A stretch of DNA of 42,172 bases from Candidatus Aminicenantales bacterium (GCA_049515535.1 JBEKTZ010000008.1:62001-104172), one strand, 5' to 3'. Positions 11,056 to 20,956 are shown, numbered from the stretch's first letter. Made by a program: numbers and translations. Notes: generated by a model from the sequence alone, not told the origin.

Positions 11056-11146
11056 AAGCGAAAACACCGCTCCTGATCCGGAACACTTTGAAAGGAAAGG
11101 AGTTAAGAGAGAAAAGAAAAAAGAAAAATGAAAACCGGTCACCCCG

Positions 11147-11189
11147 GGTTGACGGTCCGCGGGCGCCGCGTTTTCTTTGGTTGACGGTC
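11147..11189. promoter_or_regulatory. 11 bp direct repeat GGTTGACGGTC x2, candidate enhancer-protein binding site
   Basis: Copies at 11147-11157 and 11179-11189 (32 bp period), about 120-160 bp upstream of the predicted sigma54 start site, separated from it by an A/T-rich tract. Confidence 0.4.
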
Positions 11190-11209
11190 GAGCGGGTCTA
11201 GGCCTTTTT

Positions 11210-11314
11210 CGACGGCGGCCGGGGCCCCGGGCTTTACCCGGGGGTCCACTTCCGCCGTACTCGCCCGTGGCTTATATCCACGGGCGAGTGGCGAGCCTAA
11301 GGCTCGTCCCTTGA
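11210..11314 (-). repeat. Palindromic repeat, copy D (105 bp, with an extra hairpin), overlapping the 3' end of hutU
   Basis: The minus strand reads TCAAGGGACGAGCCTT[AGGCTCGCCACTCGCCCGTGGATATAAGCCACGGGCGAGTA]CGGCGGAAGTGGACCCCCGGGTAAAGCCCGGGGCCCCGGCCGCCGTCG. Confidence 0.93.
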
Positions 11315-12967
11315 CATCGGAATTTTGATCTTCGCCCGGCGCGCGAATTCGATCGCGTCGGCATAGCCGGCGTCCGCGTGGCGGACTACACCCAGGCCCG
11401 GATCGACGGTCAAAACGCGCTCCAGCCGCTTCGCGGTCGACGCCCGCCCGTCGGCGACGATCACCATGCCGGCATGGATGGAAAGCCCGATGCCGACGCC
11501 GCCGCCGTGATGAACGGACACCCAGGACGCTCCGCTCACCGCGTTCAGCAGGGCGTTGAGAACGGGCCAATCGGCGATGGCGTCCGAGCCGTCCTTCATG
11601 CCTTCGGTTTCGCGGTTGGGCGAAGCCACCGACCCGGTATCGAGATGGTCCCGGCCGATGACGATCGGCGCGCTGATCACGCCTTTCTTGACCAATCGAT
11701 TGATAACGGCCCCGAACTTCGCCCGCTCGCCGTATCCCAGCCAACAAATACGGGCGGGCAGGCCTTGGAATTTAACCCGTTCCCTCGCCTTCCGGATCCA
11801 GCGCGCGAGGGCCGCGTCTTCAGGAAATTCCTTGAGCACGGCGTCGTCGGTGATATAGATGTCGCTGGGCTTTCCCGAGAGCGCGACCCAGCGAAAAGGC
11901 CCTTTACCCAGACAGAAAAGAGGCCGGATGTATTCCTGAACGAACCCGGGAATATCGAAGGCGTCCGCGACCCCGGCCTTGAGGGCCTGGCCGCGGATGT
12001 TGTTGCCGTAGTCGAACGCCCTGGCCCCTCGTTTTTTCAATTCGAGCATGGCCCGGACATGGACGGCCATGGATTCATAGGAGCGTCTGCTGTATTCGCG
12101 GGGATCATCGCGGCGGAGGCTGAGCGCCTCTTCATAAGAAAGGCCGTGCGGCACGTAACCATTGAGCTCATCGTGGGCCGAAGTCTGGTCGGTCAGGACG
12201 TCGGGGGTCAGGCCACGCCGGACGAATTCGGGCAGCACGTCGGCCGCGTTGCCGAGGAGCGCGATCGAAAGCGGTTCCCCCTTTTTCGCCGCGGCAAAGG
12301 CGAGATTGAGGGCCTCATCCAGGGTCTCGGCTATCGTATCGACATATCCCGTTTCGAGACGGCGCTGGATCCTGTGCCGATCGACCTCGACGACGATCGC
12401 CACACCTTCGTTCATCGTCACCGCCAGGGGTTGAGCGCCGCCCATCCCGCCGAGGCCCGCCGACAACGTGATCCGTCCCTTCAAGCTGCCGCCGAAGTGT
12501 CTCCTGGACACCTCGGCCAACGTTTCGAACGTGCCCTGAAGGATTCCCTGTGTCCCGATATAGATCCAGCTCCCGGCCGTCATCTGGCCGTACATCGTGA
12601 GGCCCAACGCTTCGAGACGCCGGAATTCATCCCAGGTCGCCCATTTAGGAACGATCAGGGCGTTGGCGATCAGGACGCGGGGGGCTTCGGAGTGGGTCCT
12701 GAAAACGGCCACGGGTTTCCCCGACTGGACGATCAGCGTTTCATCGTTTTCCAGCTTTTTCAGGCTGTCCACGATCGCCCAAAAGCATTCCCAGTTCCGG
12801 GCGGCTTTGCCCGTTCCACCGTAAACGATGAGCTCCTGGGGTTTTTCGGCGACGGCCGGGTCCAGGTTGTTCATCATCATGCGCAGCGCGCCTTCCTGGG
12901 ACCATCCCTTCGTCCGGAGCGCTGCCCCCCGGGGGGCCTTTAAAGGCTTATACGGACGCGCGACCAT
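11297..12967 (-). CDS. hutU: Urocanate hydratase
   Basis: [38 protein letters not shown] and [18 protein letters not shown] motifs; RBS AAGGAGG before ATG 12967. Confidence 0.98.
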   Translation of the reverse strand: MVARPYKPLKAPRGAALRTKGWSQEGALRMMMNNLDPAVAEKPQELIVYGGTGKAARNWECFWAIVDSLKKLENDETLIVQSGKPVAVFRTHSEAPRVLIANALIVPKWATWDEFRRLEALGLTMYGQMTAGSWIYIGTQGILQGTFETLAEVSRRHFGGSLKGRITLSAGLGGMGGAQPLAVTMNEGVAIVVEVDRHRIQRRLETGYVDTIAETLDEALNLAFAAAKKGEPLSIALLGNAADVLPEFVRRGLTPDVLTDQTSAHDELNGYVPHGLSYEEALSLRRDDPREYSRRSYESMAVHVRAMLELKKRGARAFDYGNNIRGQALKAGVADAFDIPGFVQEYIRPLFCLGKGPFRWVALSGKPSDIYITDDAVLKEFPEDAALARWIRKARERVKFQGLPARICWLGYGERAKFGAVINRLVKKGVISAPIVIGRDHLDTGSVASPNRETEGMKDGSDAIADWPVLNALLNAVSGASWVSVHHGGGVGIGLSIHAGMVIVADGRASTAKRLERVLTVDPGLGVVRHADAGYADAIEFARRAKIKIPMSRDEP

Positions 12968-13068
12968 GGCTGCCTCCTTGGAATTCTTGCGTTTGCCCGG
13001 TGGTGAATATATCATATCCCCCCGAGAAATAGCAAAATCAGAAGCCCCCGAAAGACCGAAAAAAGTAG

Positions 13069-13097
13069 TTGACTAAAGTGGAAAAAGGGACTATATT
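13069..13097 (+). promoter_or_regulatory. Sigma70-type promoter of the diguanylate cyclase gene
   Basis: TTGACT-17 nt-TATATT. Confidence 0.55.
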
Positions 13098-13117
13098 CAG
13101 CGTTTCAAGGCTAAGGT

Positions 13118-15154
13118 TTGAATTTATTCGGGAAAGGAAGTTTGGGTAACGTATTTATTTTAAACGCTAATCCCCAAGAACGCGAGTTTCTGTTCAAGTG
13201 CGTTCAAAATTGGGGACCCGTTTATGTTGCGCCTTCTGCCGACTTGGCGGCCATTCATTTCAGCCCCGGCTTTTTCGGCCTCGTTTTGATAGATGCCGGG
13301 CTGGCCGATAATCCTACCCTGAAACCATGGCTCCTGGCCGCCTCTTATCTCATTCTTACGGGACGCCGGGAGGAGGATCTCAAGGACGCCATGCGTCGCT
13401 GGCCTTCCGGCCGGTTTGTCGATTATGTCCTGATTTCCGAGAAGCCGGGGGACCTCATCCGGTGCCGCCGGGTCCTTCAGACCGCTCATGAATGCGCGCG
13501 ATTGAAAGCCGAACTGGAGAGCTTGAAGGATTCCAAGGAATCCGCGGAAAACAAGCTGAAAAAAGCGTCCTCGGAAATCAAAGGCATCGGCCAGGCGATT
13601 TCCGCGAGTCTGGTCAAAGAGCTCGAAAAGCGCATCGCCGTGGAGACGCAATATATCCGCTTCCGCAAGCTCAAGCAAAAACTCGAAGACGCGCTCCGCA
13701 AGCTTTATGCGGCCGACGACGTCAGCAACCTCCTGGACATCGTTCACGATGTCAAGGATCTTGTCCACGCGGGCGGCATCTCTCTTTATATTCGCGAGGA
13801 GAGCGAAACTCTCGGCAAATATCTCAAGCCGCTGGTCTGGTTCGACGCCGTCCCCTCCCACGCGGATTTCTTACGGCACGTGGCCAAGCTCGAAGCCCAG
13901 GACTTCGCTTCGTTCGTCGCCCGGACGGGGCAGGAACTCAATGTCACTGAGCCGGCCCTGGACGCGCGATTCTCCAGCCGCTACAAAAACCAAACCCGAG
14001 AGCCGGTTCAAAACATCCTCTGCTCTCCTCTCAAATACGGCGCCGATGTCATCGGCCTCATTGAGGTCTATAACAAATCGGACGGCGGCCGCATCCTGAA
14101 GGCGGGCTTCAATCCGGAAGACCGACAGGTTCTCCGGGGGCTGTCCGAGCACATTTCCATCGCCATCACCAAGCTGAACCTCATTCAATACGACGCCCTG
14201 ACCGGCCTGCTCCGGCCGGACCCGTTCTTCGAAAAGGTCATCCAGAAGATCGCCTCCCGGAACAAGCGTCGCCAGGAGACGGGATCTTACGCGATGGTCA
14301 TGGGCGACGTCGACTGGTTCAAGACCTACAACGACCGCAACGGCCACGAGGCCGGGAACCATCTGCTGCGGGAGCTGGCCGGGGTGATGAAATCTTCGAT
14401 CCGCGAAGACGATCTCCTCTGCCGCTACGGCGGAGAGGAATTCCTCTTTTTTCTGACGGGCGTCAAGAACCTCGAAGAGGCGGCCATCCTCACCGAGCGC
14501 ATCCGGAAGAACATCGAGGACCATTATTTCGAGTTCGAGGAGTTTCAGCCCAGGCGCAATCTCACGATGAGCTTCGGGCTGACGCTTTTCCCGCGCGAAC
14601 TGACCGACGAACGCGGGACCCTGACTAAGGCTTCGCTCAAGAAGATCGCCGGCGAGGCCGATCTCGCCCTGGCCGAGGCGAAAGGCAAGAAGCTGGCCGC
14701 GCTCAAATACGACCCCGCGGCGATCACGAAAAACAAAGTCTGCGTCTACGTCCGGGATAAGTCCTCGGTCATGACCAAAACCACGCTTCTCAAGGAGACC
14801 GGCCGCAAGGCCTTCACGGAGAAAAGAAAATCCGAGCGTTATTTCACCTCGACGCTCTGCATCTTCAAGGAGAACGGAACCCACCGCGTGGCCGAAACCG
14901 TCGACTTGAGCCTGGGCGGAGCGAAAATCTCATCCAAGACCCAATTCTTTCCAGCCAAGACCCTCGACCTTTTCCTGATCCTCGGGAACCGGGCCAATCC
15001 GTTCAAGGGAGACGTGGTCTATTCGCAGAAAGCTTCCCCTGACTCAGCCTATTTCTACACGGGATTGAAATTCGGCGAGTTGACCCAGGCCGACAGTCAG
15101 ATCCTCCGGAATTATTTTCTTTCGCTGGAAAATAAGGACGCTTCGTCGGCCTGA
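13118..15154 (+). CDS. Diguanylate cyclase: degenerate REC-like N-terminus, coiled coil, GAF, GGDEF and C-terminal PilZ
   Basis: YDALTGL, DVDWFKTYNDRNGHEAGN, REDD I-site and RYGGEEF; GAF-like LCSPLK..VIGLIEVYNK; PilZ motifs EKRKSERY and DLSLGG. The start codon is uncertain. Confidence 0.9.
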   Translation: MNLFGKGSLGNVFILNANPQEREFLFKCVQNWGPVYVAPSADLAAIHFSPGFFGLVLIDAGLADNPTLKPWLLAASYLILTGRREEDLKDAMRRWPSGRFVDYVLISEKPGDLIRCRRVLQTAHECARLKAELESLKDSKESAENKLKKASSEIKGIGQAISASLVKELEKRIAVETQYIRFRKLKQKLEDALRKLYAADDVSNLLDIVHDVKDLVHAGGISLYIREESETLGKYLKPLVWFDAVPSHADFLRHVAKLEAQDFASFVARTGQELNVTEPALDARFSSRYKNQTREPVQNILCSPLKYGADVIGLIEVYNKSDGGRILKAGFNPEDRQVLRGLSEHISIAITKLNLIQYDALTGLLRPDPFFEKVIQKIASRNKRRQETGSYAMVMGDVDWFKTYNDRNGHEAGNHLLRELAGVMKSSIREDDLLCRYGGEEFLFFLTGVKNLEEAAILTERIRKNIEDHYFEFEEFQPRRNLTMSFGLTLFPRELTDERGTLTKASLKKIAGEADLALAEAKGKKLAALKYDPAAITKNKVCVYVRDKSSVMTKTTLLKETGRKAFTEKRKSERYFTSTLCIFKENGTHRVAETVDLSLGGAKISSKTQFFPAKTLDLFLILGNRANPFKGDVVYSQKASPDSAYFYTGLKFGELTQADSQILRNYFLSLENKDASSA

Positions 15155-15159
15155 GCCCG

Positions 15160-16464
15160 TCAAGCCTCGAGCTCTTCGAGGATGGATCGGAGGTAATAGG
15201 CGGGCGGAGTGATCTTTTTATTGAACGCGTCTTTGATTCCTCCGGCATAGCTTCCGAACGAGCGAAAATCCTCCGGGTTGCTCCAGTTATCCAGATTGAG
15301 CTTATCGAGCATCTCTTTCAAAACCGCTTTGTTAAGGATTTCGGAGGTGTATCGCGGCAGGGAGCCGGATTCCTTTTCGCACATCCGCACGCAGCGGAGG
15401 ACGATCTTGCGCAGGGCTTCCTGATGATTGATCAATTCCTGTTTGATGAAGAACTGGTCTTTCGGCGATTCCGTCACGGCGAGTTTCTGGGTCAGCTTCT
15501 CGGCGTTGTCCTGGACCTGCGTTATGGCGCGGAGCAGCGATTCCCCGTCCAGAATCATCCGATCCCGGTTCTGGAAATAGCTGATTTCGCTGGCCGCGTC
15601 GATGGCCTCGGACTTCCGGAGTTTTTCCAACGCCGCGAAAACGGCCTGGAAATCGAGGTCTTGGTACGGCGATTTCTTCTCCTCCCAAACGGGCGGGACG
15701 TGTTCTTGGACGGGCGAGCCCCGGAACGGTTCGCGCTTCATGAAATCCTCGATGAATTGGTTGATCTCGGGCATCTTGAATTCGGCCTGGGGCTGTTCCG
15801 AATCGAAACGCAGGGATTCGAATTTCTCGGGCGTCGCGAATCCCGGCTCTTCGGGGACGGCCGGCGGTTCGGCGGCGGGAACCGGAGGAGCGCTCGTCTC
15901 ATAAGCGGCGCCGTCGTGTCCGGAGTCCTGTTCTAAAAGCTCCTTGATCTTCTTGAGCTTGCCGAGTTCCTGCTCCAGATCGTAAGACGGTTCGCTTTCC
16001 TCCGCCGGCTCCGGCACTTCGGAGGCGATGCCGAAGCGGTCCTTCAATTTCTCCTTGATCTCGGAGATCCTCTTCTCCGAATTCTGCCGCAACTGAGAGA
16101 GATCCGCGCTCAGCTCGTTCACCTTCCGCAGCTCTTCCAGGGTCAGCGAAGTGAGTTTTTCAATATCCTGCTGGTAGCGCATGCCGCGCTCCAAATGGTC
16201 CCGCATCCGGCCTTGGAGGGATTGCCGGGCGGTCTCGAACTCGGAGATCGCGCCCCGGAAGTCCTTGACCATTCCCCGTTCTTTTTCGAATTCGTTCTCG
16301 ATCTCGGACTTCTTTCGTTCCGTCTCCTCTTTTTCCAGCTTCATTTTGTCCTGGAACTCGATCTCCACTTCTTCTTTCCGCTTTTGAAGGACCTTCTCCA
16401 GGTTACTCTCGATTTCGTTGATGATAAAAGATGACTCATCCGCCAATTCTTCTTTTGGAGTCAT
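15160..16464 (-). CDS. Hypothetical coiled-coil protein with an acidic Pro-rich linker
   Basis: 434 aa ORF, E/K-rich helical N-terminus, RBS AAAGGAG. Confidence 0.8.
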   Translation of the reverse strand: MTPKEELADESSFIINEIESNLEKVLQKRKEEVEIEFQDKMKLEKEETERKKSEIENEFEKERGMVKDFRGAISEFETARQSLQGRMRDHLERGMRYQQDIEKLTSLTLEELRKVNELSADLSQLRQNSEKRISEIKEKLKDRFGIASEVPEPAEESEPSYDLEQELGKLKKIKELLEQDSGHDGAAYETSAPPVPAAEPPAVPEEPGFATPEKFESLRFDSEQPQAEFKMPEINQFIEDFMKREPFRGSPVQEHVPPVWEEKKSPYQDLDFQAVFAALEKLRKSEAIDAASEISYFQNRDRMILDGESLLRAITQVQDNAEKLTQKLAVTESPKDQFFIKQELINHQEALRKIVLRCVRMCEKESGSLPRYTSEILNKAVLKEMLDKLNLDNWSNPEDFRSFGSYAGGIKDAFNKKITPPAYYLRSILEELEA

Positions 16465-16703
16465 GCTCGTCTCCTTTCCATTCGATCTTCTCGTCCTTTT
16501 CCAAATCCGGGACGGCGGGAGAGGACCTCCGGCCGATGCGCCGGGCGCTCGGCGCCCTCTTTCCTTTTCGAACCCAGTTTAAGCGAGCCTGGGCCGCCCA
16601 TCAATCACCTTTTCCGACGATTCTCAAGAGGATATTGAAATGGATCTTCTCACCCCTAAAGGGGATGCGGGCTCGGAGAAGAATCCCGGCCTCGGGACTT
16701 TTC

Positions 16704-16732
16704 TTGCAAATCGAAAAGCAATTAAGTATAAA
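16704..16732 (+). promoter_or_regulatory. Sigma70-type promoter of the HD-GYP gene
   Basis: TTGCAA-17 nt-TATAAA; supports a start at ATG 16745. Confidence 0.5.
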
Positions 16733-16744
16733 GGAAAGACGACG

Positions 16745-17848
16745 ATGGCCAGACGCAAAATTCTGATATGCGGGGAGAACAGGGTCCAGGGAGAAAGCTT
16801 GACCCGCCTCTTGGAAGGGCTGGATATCGAAATCACGGCGGTCGAATCCATGGCCTCCGCCTTTCGTCTTCTTCTCGGGAAGAACGGCTTCTCTCTCCTC
16901 GTCGTCCGTGTCGGGACCATCGGCAAACCGGCGCTCCAGATCTTTCGAGGGTTGAAAAAGAACGACCCTTCTTTGTCCGTCATCGGCCTGACGAAAATCC
17001 GGGACTCCGCGGCCGGCATCGCGCTGCTCGAAAACAAAATATTCGATCTCCTCGTCGCTCCGGGGGACGGGGTCGGGCTCTACGCCGCGGTCAGGAGCGA
17101 GCTCGAGAAAAGGGACCTCATCGAGGAAAAAGAGAAATATATCAGAATCCTCCGCAAACTCAAAGCCGAGCAGTCCAGGAACGCAAAAAAGGCCTTTGAA
17201 CTCGAGGAAATCTACGCGTCGACCGTCGAAAACCTGATGACGGCTCTTGATCTTCGCGACGTGGAAACCTTCGGCCATTCGCAGACCGTGGCCAAATACA
17301 GCCAGGTCCTGGCCAAACTGCTGGGCATCGACGACCGGACCCTCCTCGACAATATCCGGCTGGGCGCTCTCCTCCACGACATCGGAAAAATCGCGATTCC
17401 CGACGCCATCCTTCATAAACCCGGCAGCTTGACGGACAAGGAGTGGGAAAAGATCAAGCTTCATCCATCGCTCGGCTACGGTCTGATCAAGGAGATCAAA
17501 CTGGTCAAGGAAGTCGGCCAGATCATTTTGTGCCACCATGAACGGTTCGACGGATCGGGATACCCCCGCGGCCTCGGAAAGAGCGACATACCGCTCGAAG
17601 CGCGGATCTTCGCCCTGGCCGACGCCCTCGACGCGATCACGGCCCATCGGCCCTACCGAAAAGCGCGCGATTTCCCGACCGCGAAAAAGGAGATCGTCGC
17701 GTATTCCGGAACGCAGTTCGACCCGAGGGCCGTCGAAGCCTTTTGTTCCTTGACGCCCGAGAAATGGGAGCGGATCCGCTTCGAGACGACATCCTACATC
17801 CCCAATATCGAAGAATTTTCCAGGCTGATCAAGAGCGCCAAGATTTAA
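16745..17848 (+). CDS. HD-GYP phosphodiesterase with a degenerate receiver-like N-terminus
   Basis: ETFGHS, LLHDIGK, HHERFDGSGYPRGL, ADALDAIT and RPYR motifs. Confidence 0.9.
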   Translation: MARRKILICGENRVQGESLTRLLEGLDIEITAVESMASAFRLLLGKNGFSLLVVRVGTIGKPALQIFRGLKKNDPSLSVIGLTKIRDSAAGIALLENKIFDLLVAPGDGVGLYAAVRSELEKRDLIEEKEKYIRILRKLKAEQSRNAKKAFELEEIYASTVENLMTALDLRDVETFGHSQTVAKYSQVLAKLLGIDDRTLLDNIRLGALLHDIGKIAIPDAILHKPGSLTDKEWEKIKLHPSLGYGLIKEIKLVKEVGQIILCHHERFDGSGYPRGLGKSDIPLEARIFALADALDAITAHRPYRKARDFPTAKKEIVAYSGTQFDPRAVEAFCSLTPEKWERIRFETTSYIPNIEEFSRLIKSAKI

Positions 17849-18708
17849 ATTTCGGCGCGGGCCTTTCTGGCGCTGACGACGCGCGGAATCCCGCGGAGAT
17901 CCTCGCCGAGGCGGATATCCGCCCAGCCCCGATTGAAAAGGGAGACGACCTCGTCCGCCTGTCCCGCTCCGATCTCGAACACGAGATGACCGCCCGATTT
18001 CAGATAGGAGCGGGAGCCGTCGATCAAGCGCCGGATGAATTCAAGCCCGGTAGCCCCCGCGACGAGCGCCCGTCTGGGTTCGTATCCGCGAACTTCGGGC
18101 TCGAGCGTCCGCCATTCGCGAGCGGACACATAGGGCGGGTTGGAAACGAGAAAATCAACGGATCTCCTCCGGACAACGCCTTCAAGGGCGGCCAAAGCGT
18201 TCCCTTCGACGAACGTTATGGAGTTGATATTCCGGCGCTCGGCATTGAGCCGGGCGGCCTTCAAAGCCCGGCGGCTTATATCCGTCGCGATGATCCGGGC
18301 GTTGGGGAGCTCTCCGGCGAGCGCCACGGCGATATTGCCGCTCCCCGTGCCGATATCCACGATCCGTTCCCGCCGTCTCGAAGACAGGGCGACGACCTTT
18401 TCCACGACGAGTTCGGTTTCGGGCCGCGGGATGAGCACGCCGGGAAAAACGGCGAGGGAAATGGACCAGAACTCGCGTTCTCCGGTCAGGTAGGCCAAGG
18501 GAACGCGAGCCCGGCGCTTTTCGACCAGATCGAAAAACCGCCGCTCGGCCGCCGCCGGGACCAGCCGCTCCGGAAACATCAAAGCGTCGCCTTCGGATAT
18601 CCCCGCGGCCTTCCGCAGGAGGAGTCCGGATTCGAGCGCGGGATCGGCGTGAGGCAATCGCCCAAGCAGCGTCCGGCCTCGGAGGAACAGCTCGCGGAGG
18701 GAACTCAA
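17845..18708 (-). CDS. prmC: Release factor glutamine methyltransferase
   Basis: VLIPRPETE, DIGTGSG and SNPPY motifs; directly downstream of prfA. Confidence 0.95.
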   Translation of the reverse strand: MSSLRELFLRGRTLLGRLPHADPALESGLLLRKAAGISEGDALMFPERLVPAAAERRFFDLVEKRRARVPLAYLTGEREFWSISLAVFPGVLIPRPETELVVEKVVALSSRRRERIVDIGTGSGNIAVALAGELPNARIIATDISRRALKAARLNAERRNINSITFVEGNALAALEGVVRRRSVDFLVSNPPYVSAREWRTLEPEVRGYEPRRALVAGATGLEFIRRLIDGSRSYLKSGGHLVFEIGAGQADEVVSLFNRGWADIRLGEDLRGIPRVVSARKARAEI

Positions 18709-19784
18709 GGCGTTTCTTTTTGTTCGAAGGCCCGGCCCTGCTGGAGGCGGACGAGTTTATCGATGATTTCGTCCAGTTCCCCGTCAAGGATCGCGCCCAG
18801 GTTGTGAAAACTCTCGTTGAGCCGGTGGTCGGTGACGCGCGACTGGGAAAAATTGAACGTCCGGATCTTCTCGCTCCGCTCGCCCGTGCCGACCTGGGAG
18901 CGGCGGTCCTGGGCGATCTTCTCCTGCCTTTCGCGGCGGACGATCTCCATGAGGCGGGAACGAAGGACGCGCAGGGCCTTCTCTTTGTTGCGATGTTGGG
19001 ATTTCTCGTCCTGGCAGGAGACCACCAGCCCCGAAGGCCTATGCGTCACGCGGATGGCCGTATAGTTGCGGTTGACGCTCTGGCCCCCGGGGCCCGACGA
19101 ACCGAACGCCTCGATCTTCAGGTCCTTGGGATCGAGCTTCACATCGACCTCGTCCGCCTCGGGCAGGACGGCCACGGTCACGGTCGATGTATGGATGCGG
19201 CCGCTGGCCTCGGTTTTCGGGACCCGCTGAACGCGGTGGACGCCGCTCTCATATTTCAACTGCGAATAGACCTTCTTGCCCTGGACGCCGGCGATCGCCT
19301 CCTTGAATCCGCCGATCGGAGAGACGCTCACATCCATGATCTCGAATTTCCAGCCTTTGTGTTCGGCATAACGGGCGTACATCCGGACGAGGTCCTGGGC
19401 GAAAAGCGAGGACTCGTCGCCGCCGGCTCCGGCCCGGACTTCGAGAAAGACGTTCTTTTCGTCGAGAGGGTCGATGGGGACGAGGAGAAGCCTGATCTCC
19501 CGTTCGAGCTCGGCCTCCCGGGCGGAAAGTCGCTTGATCTCTCCGTCGGCCATGGTTTTCAGGTCGGGTTCGGATTGGGGATCGGACAAAATGTCCCGGG
19601 AATCCCGGATGTCCTTCCCGAGCTTTTTGTACTCCTGGTACTTCTTGACGAGCGGCTCGATTTCCGCTCTCTCTTTGGCGGTCTCTCTGATTTTTTGGGG
19701 GAAGGCGATCAGGCCGGGGTCGGACAGGGCCAGCGTGAGCCGGCGGTACTTCTCCTCAACGGCCTCTAATTCCGGGAACATCAC
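18705..19784 (-). CDS. prfA: Peptide chain release factor 1
   Basis: ESGVHRVQRVPKTE (PxT), GPGGQ and RVTDHR motifs. Confidence 0.97.
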   Translation of the reverse strand: MMFPELEAVEEKYRRLTLALSDPGLIAFPQKIRETAKERAEIEPLVKKYQEYKKLGKDIRDSRDILSDPQSEPDLKTMADGEIKRLSAREAELEREIRLLLVPIDPLDEKNVFLEVRAGAGGDESSLFAQDLVRMYARYAEHKGWKFEIMDVSVSPIGGFKEAIAGVQGKKVYSQLKYESGVHRVQRVPKTEASGRIHTSTVTVAVLPEADEVDVKLDPKDLKIEAFGSSGPGGQSVNRNYTAIRVTHRPSGLVVSCQDEKSQHRNKEKALRVLRSRLMEIVRRERQEKIAQDRRSQVGTGERSEKIRTFNFSQSRVTDHRLNESFHNLGAILDGELDEIIDKLVRLQQGRAFEQKETP

Positions 19785-19786
19785 GC

Positions 19787-19999
19787 CTATTTTTTCGGTT
19801 TGGGCGCGTCATATTTTTTCCGGAATTTCTCGATACGGCCGGCGCTGTCGATGAACTTCTGCTTACCGGTGAAAAAGGGATGACACTGCGAGCAAATCTC
19901 GACGCGGATTTCCTTTTTCGAGGACCGCGTTTGAAACGTGCTGCCGCAGGCGCAGATCACGGTGCATTCTTCATAATTGGGATGAATGTCTTTCTTCAT
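19787..19999 (-). CDS. rpmE: 50S ribosomal protein L31 (Zn-binding type)
   Basis: [26 protein letters not shown]. Confidence 0.97.
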   Translation of the reverse strand: MKKDIHPNYEECTVICACGSTFQTRSSKKEIRVEICSQCHPFFTGKQKFIDSAGRIEKFRKKYDAPKPKK

Positions 20000-20101
20000 C
20001 GGTCATATCTCCTCTTGGGGGGAAGTCATTATATCAAATTTAAAGAAATTCCGCCACAGGAATGCGCCATGATCGCTATCCCGCGGAGGGGTCGGCCGCC
20101 G

Positions 20102-20956
20102 CTAATCGATCGAGCCGATTTTTTTGTCGAACGCCTCCTCGTCGATGACGAAGACGGAATTCTTGAGGCCCTGCCTGACGCTCTCTTTATAAACCCTGGA
20201 ATCAAAATAGTCCTTGAGTTCTTTCGTGAGCGGAAAGACCTGTTCCTCGGATTTCCACTCGTAGAGTTTGCCGCTTCCCGTTCGCAGGCAGTTGAGATGG
20301 ACGACCCAGGCCAGATGTCTGATGGGCACATGGCTGAACGTCCTCCGGATGGATTGGATTTCGCCCTCTTTGACGGGGTTGAAAAAGTGGAAATACCGGG
20401 AGAACAGAACCGCGTTGTGATAAAAAGCGGGGAACGCCAGGATGCAGTCCTTTCGGGTCAGCTTGCCCAGATAGATGAAGATATCCATGATCTTCTTGCT
20501 CATGCCCAGGCCGGGGTGTTGCTGACCGGGAAGAGAGCCCCTCTTCTCCGAGAATTCCGCCGCCGGATTCTGAAGCGTCAGCCATTCCATGATCAGGCTC
20601 TTGAAATCCCGCAAAGGGAGGGCGAGAGCCGGATTTTCCTTGGGAGCGAATATTCCTTCCCTGATCTTCAGGTCGACGATGAGGTTGTCCGGTTTCTTCT
20701 CGCGGAGAAAGATCTGAAACCGCTGAAGGGGAAAGGCCGAGGAGTCCATGTCGAAAGCCAGCGGCCAGAGACCGCGTTTCCGAGCTTCCTTGTCGAAGCC
20801 CTTCTTCGCCATGACGGCGAAGATCTCGTTCATCGTGAATTTTCCCAGAAAAAGCGTCGTTCCCCGCCGTTCGGCCAGGTTCGAGAAGATCTCCTCTCCT
20901 CCGATCAGCGGTTCGTCCTCCCAGAAAGGTGTGCGTTTAGAATCGGCCATTTTCAC
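20102..20956 (-). CDS. Hypothetical protein
   Basis: 284 aa ORF with host-like codon usage; motif-like segments EWLTLQNP, LPGQQHPGLG and PAFYHNA. Confidence 0.75.
   Translation of the reverse strand: MKMADSKRTPFWEDEPLIGGEEIFSNLAERRGTTLFLGKFTMNEIFAVMAKKGFDKEARKRGLWPLAFDMDSSAFPLQRFQIFLREKKPDNLIVDLKIREGIFAPKENPALALPLRDFKSLIMEWLTLQNPAAEFSEKRGSLPGQQHPGLGMSKKIMDIFIYLGKLTRKDCILAFPAFYHNAVLFSRYFHFFNPVKEGEIQSIRRTFSHVPIRHLAWVVHLNCLRTGSGKLYEWKSEEQVFPLTKELKDYFDSRVYKESVRQGLKNSVFVIDEEAFDKKIGSID

Noticed and set aside
11011..11142. Longer 130 aa version of peptide 1
   Set aside because: The extension spans the sigma54 promoter and T-rich tract; the RBS supports ATG 11010.
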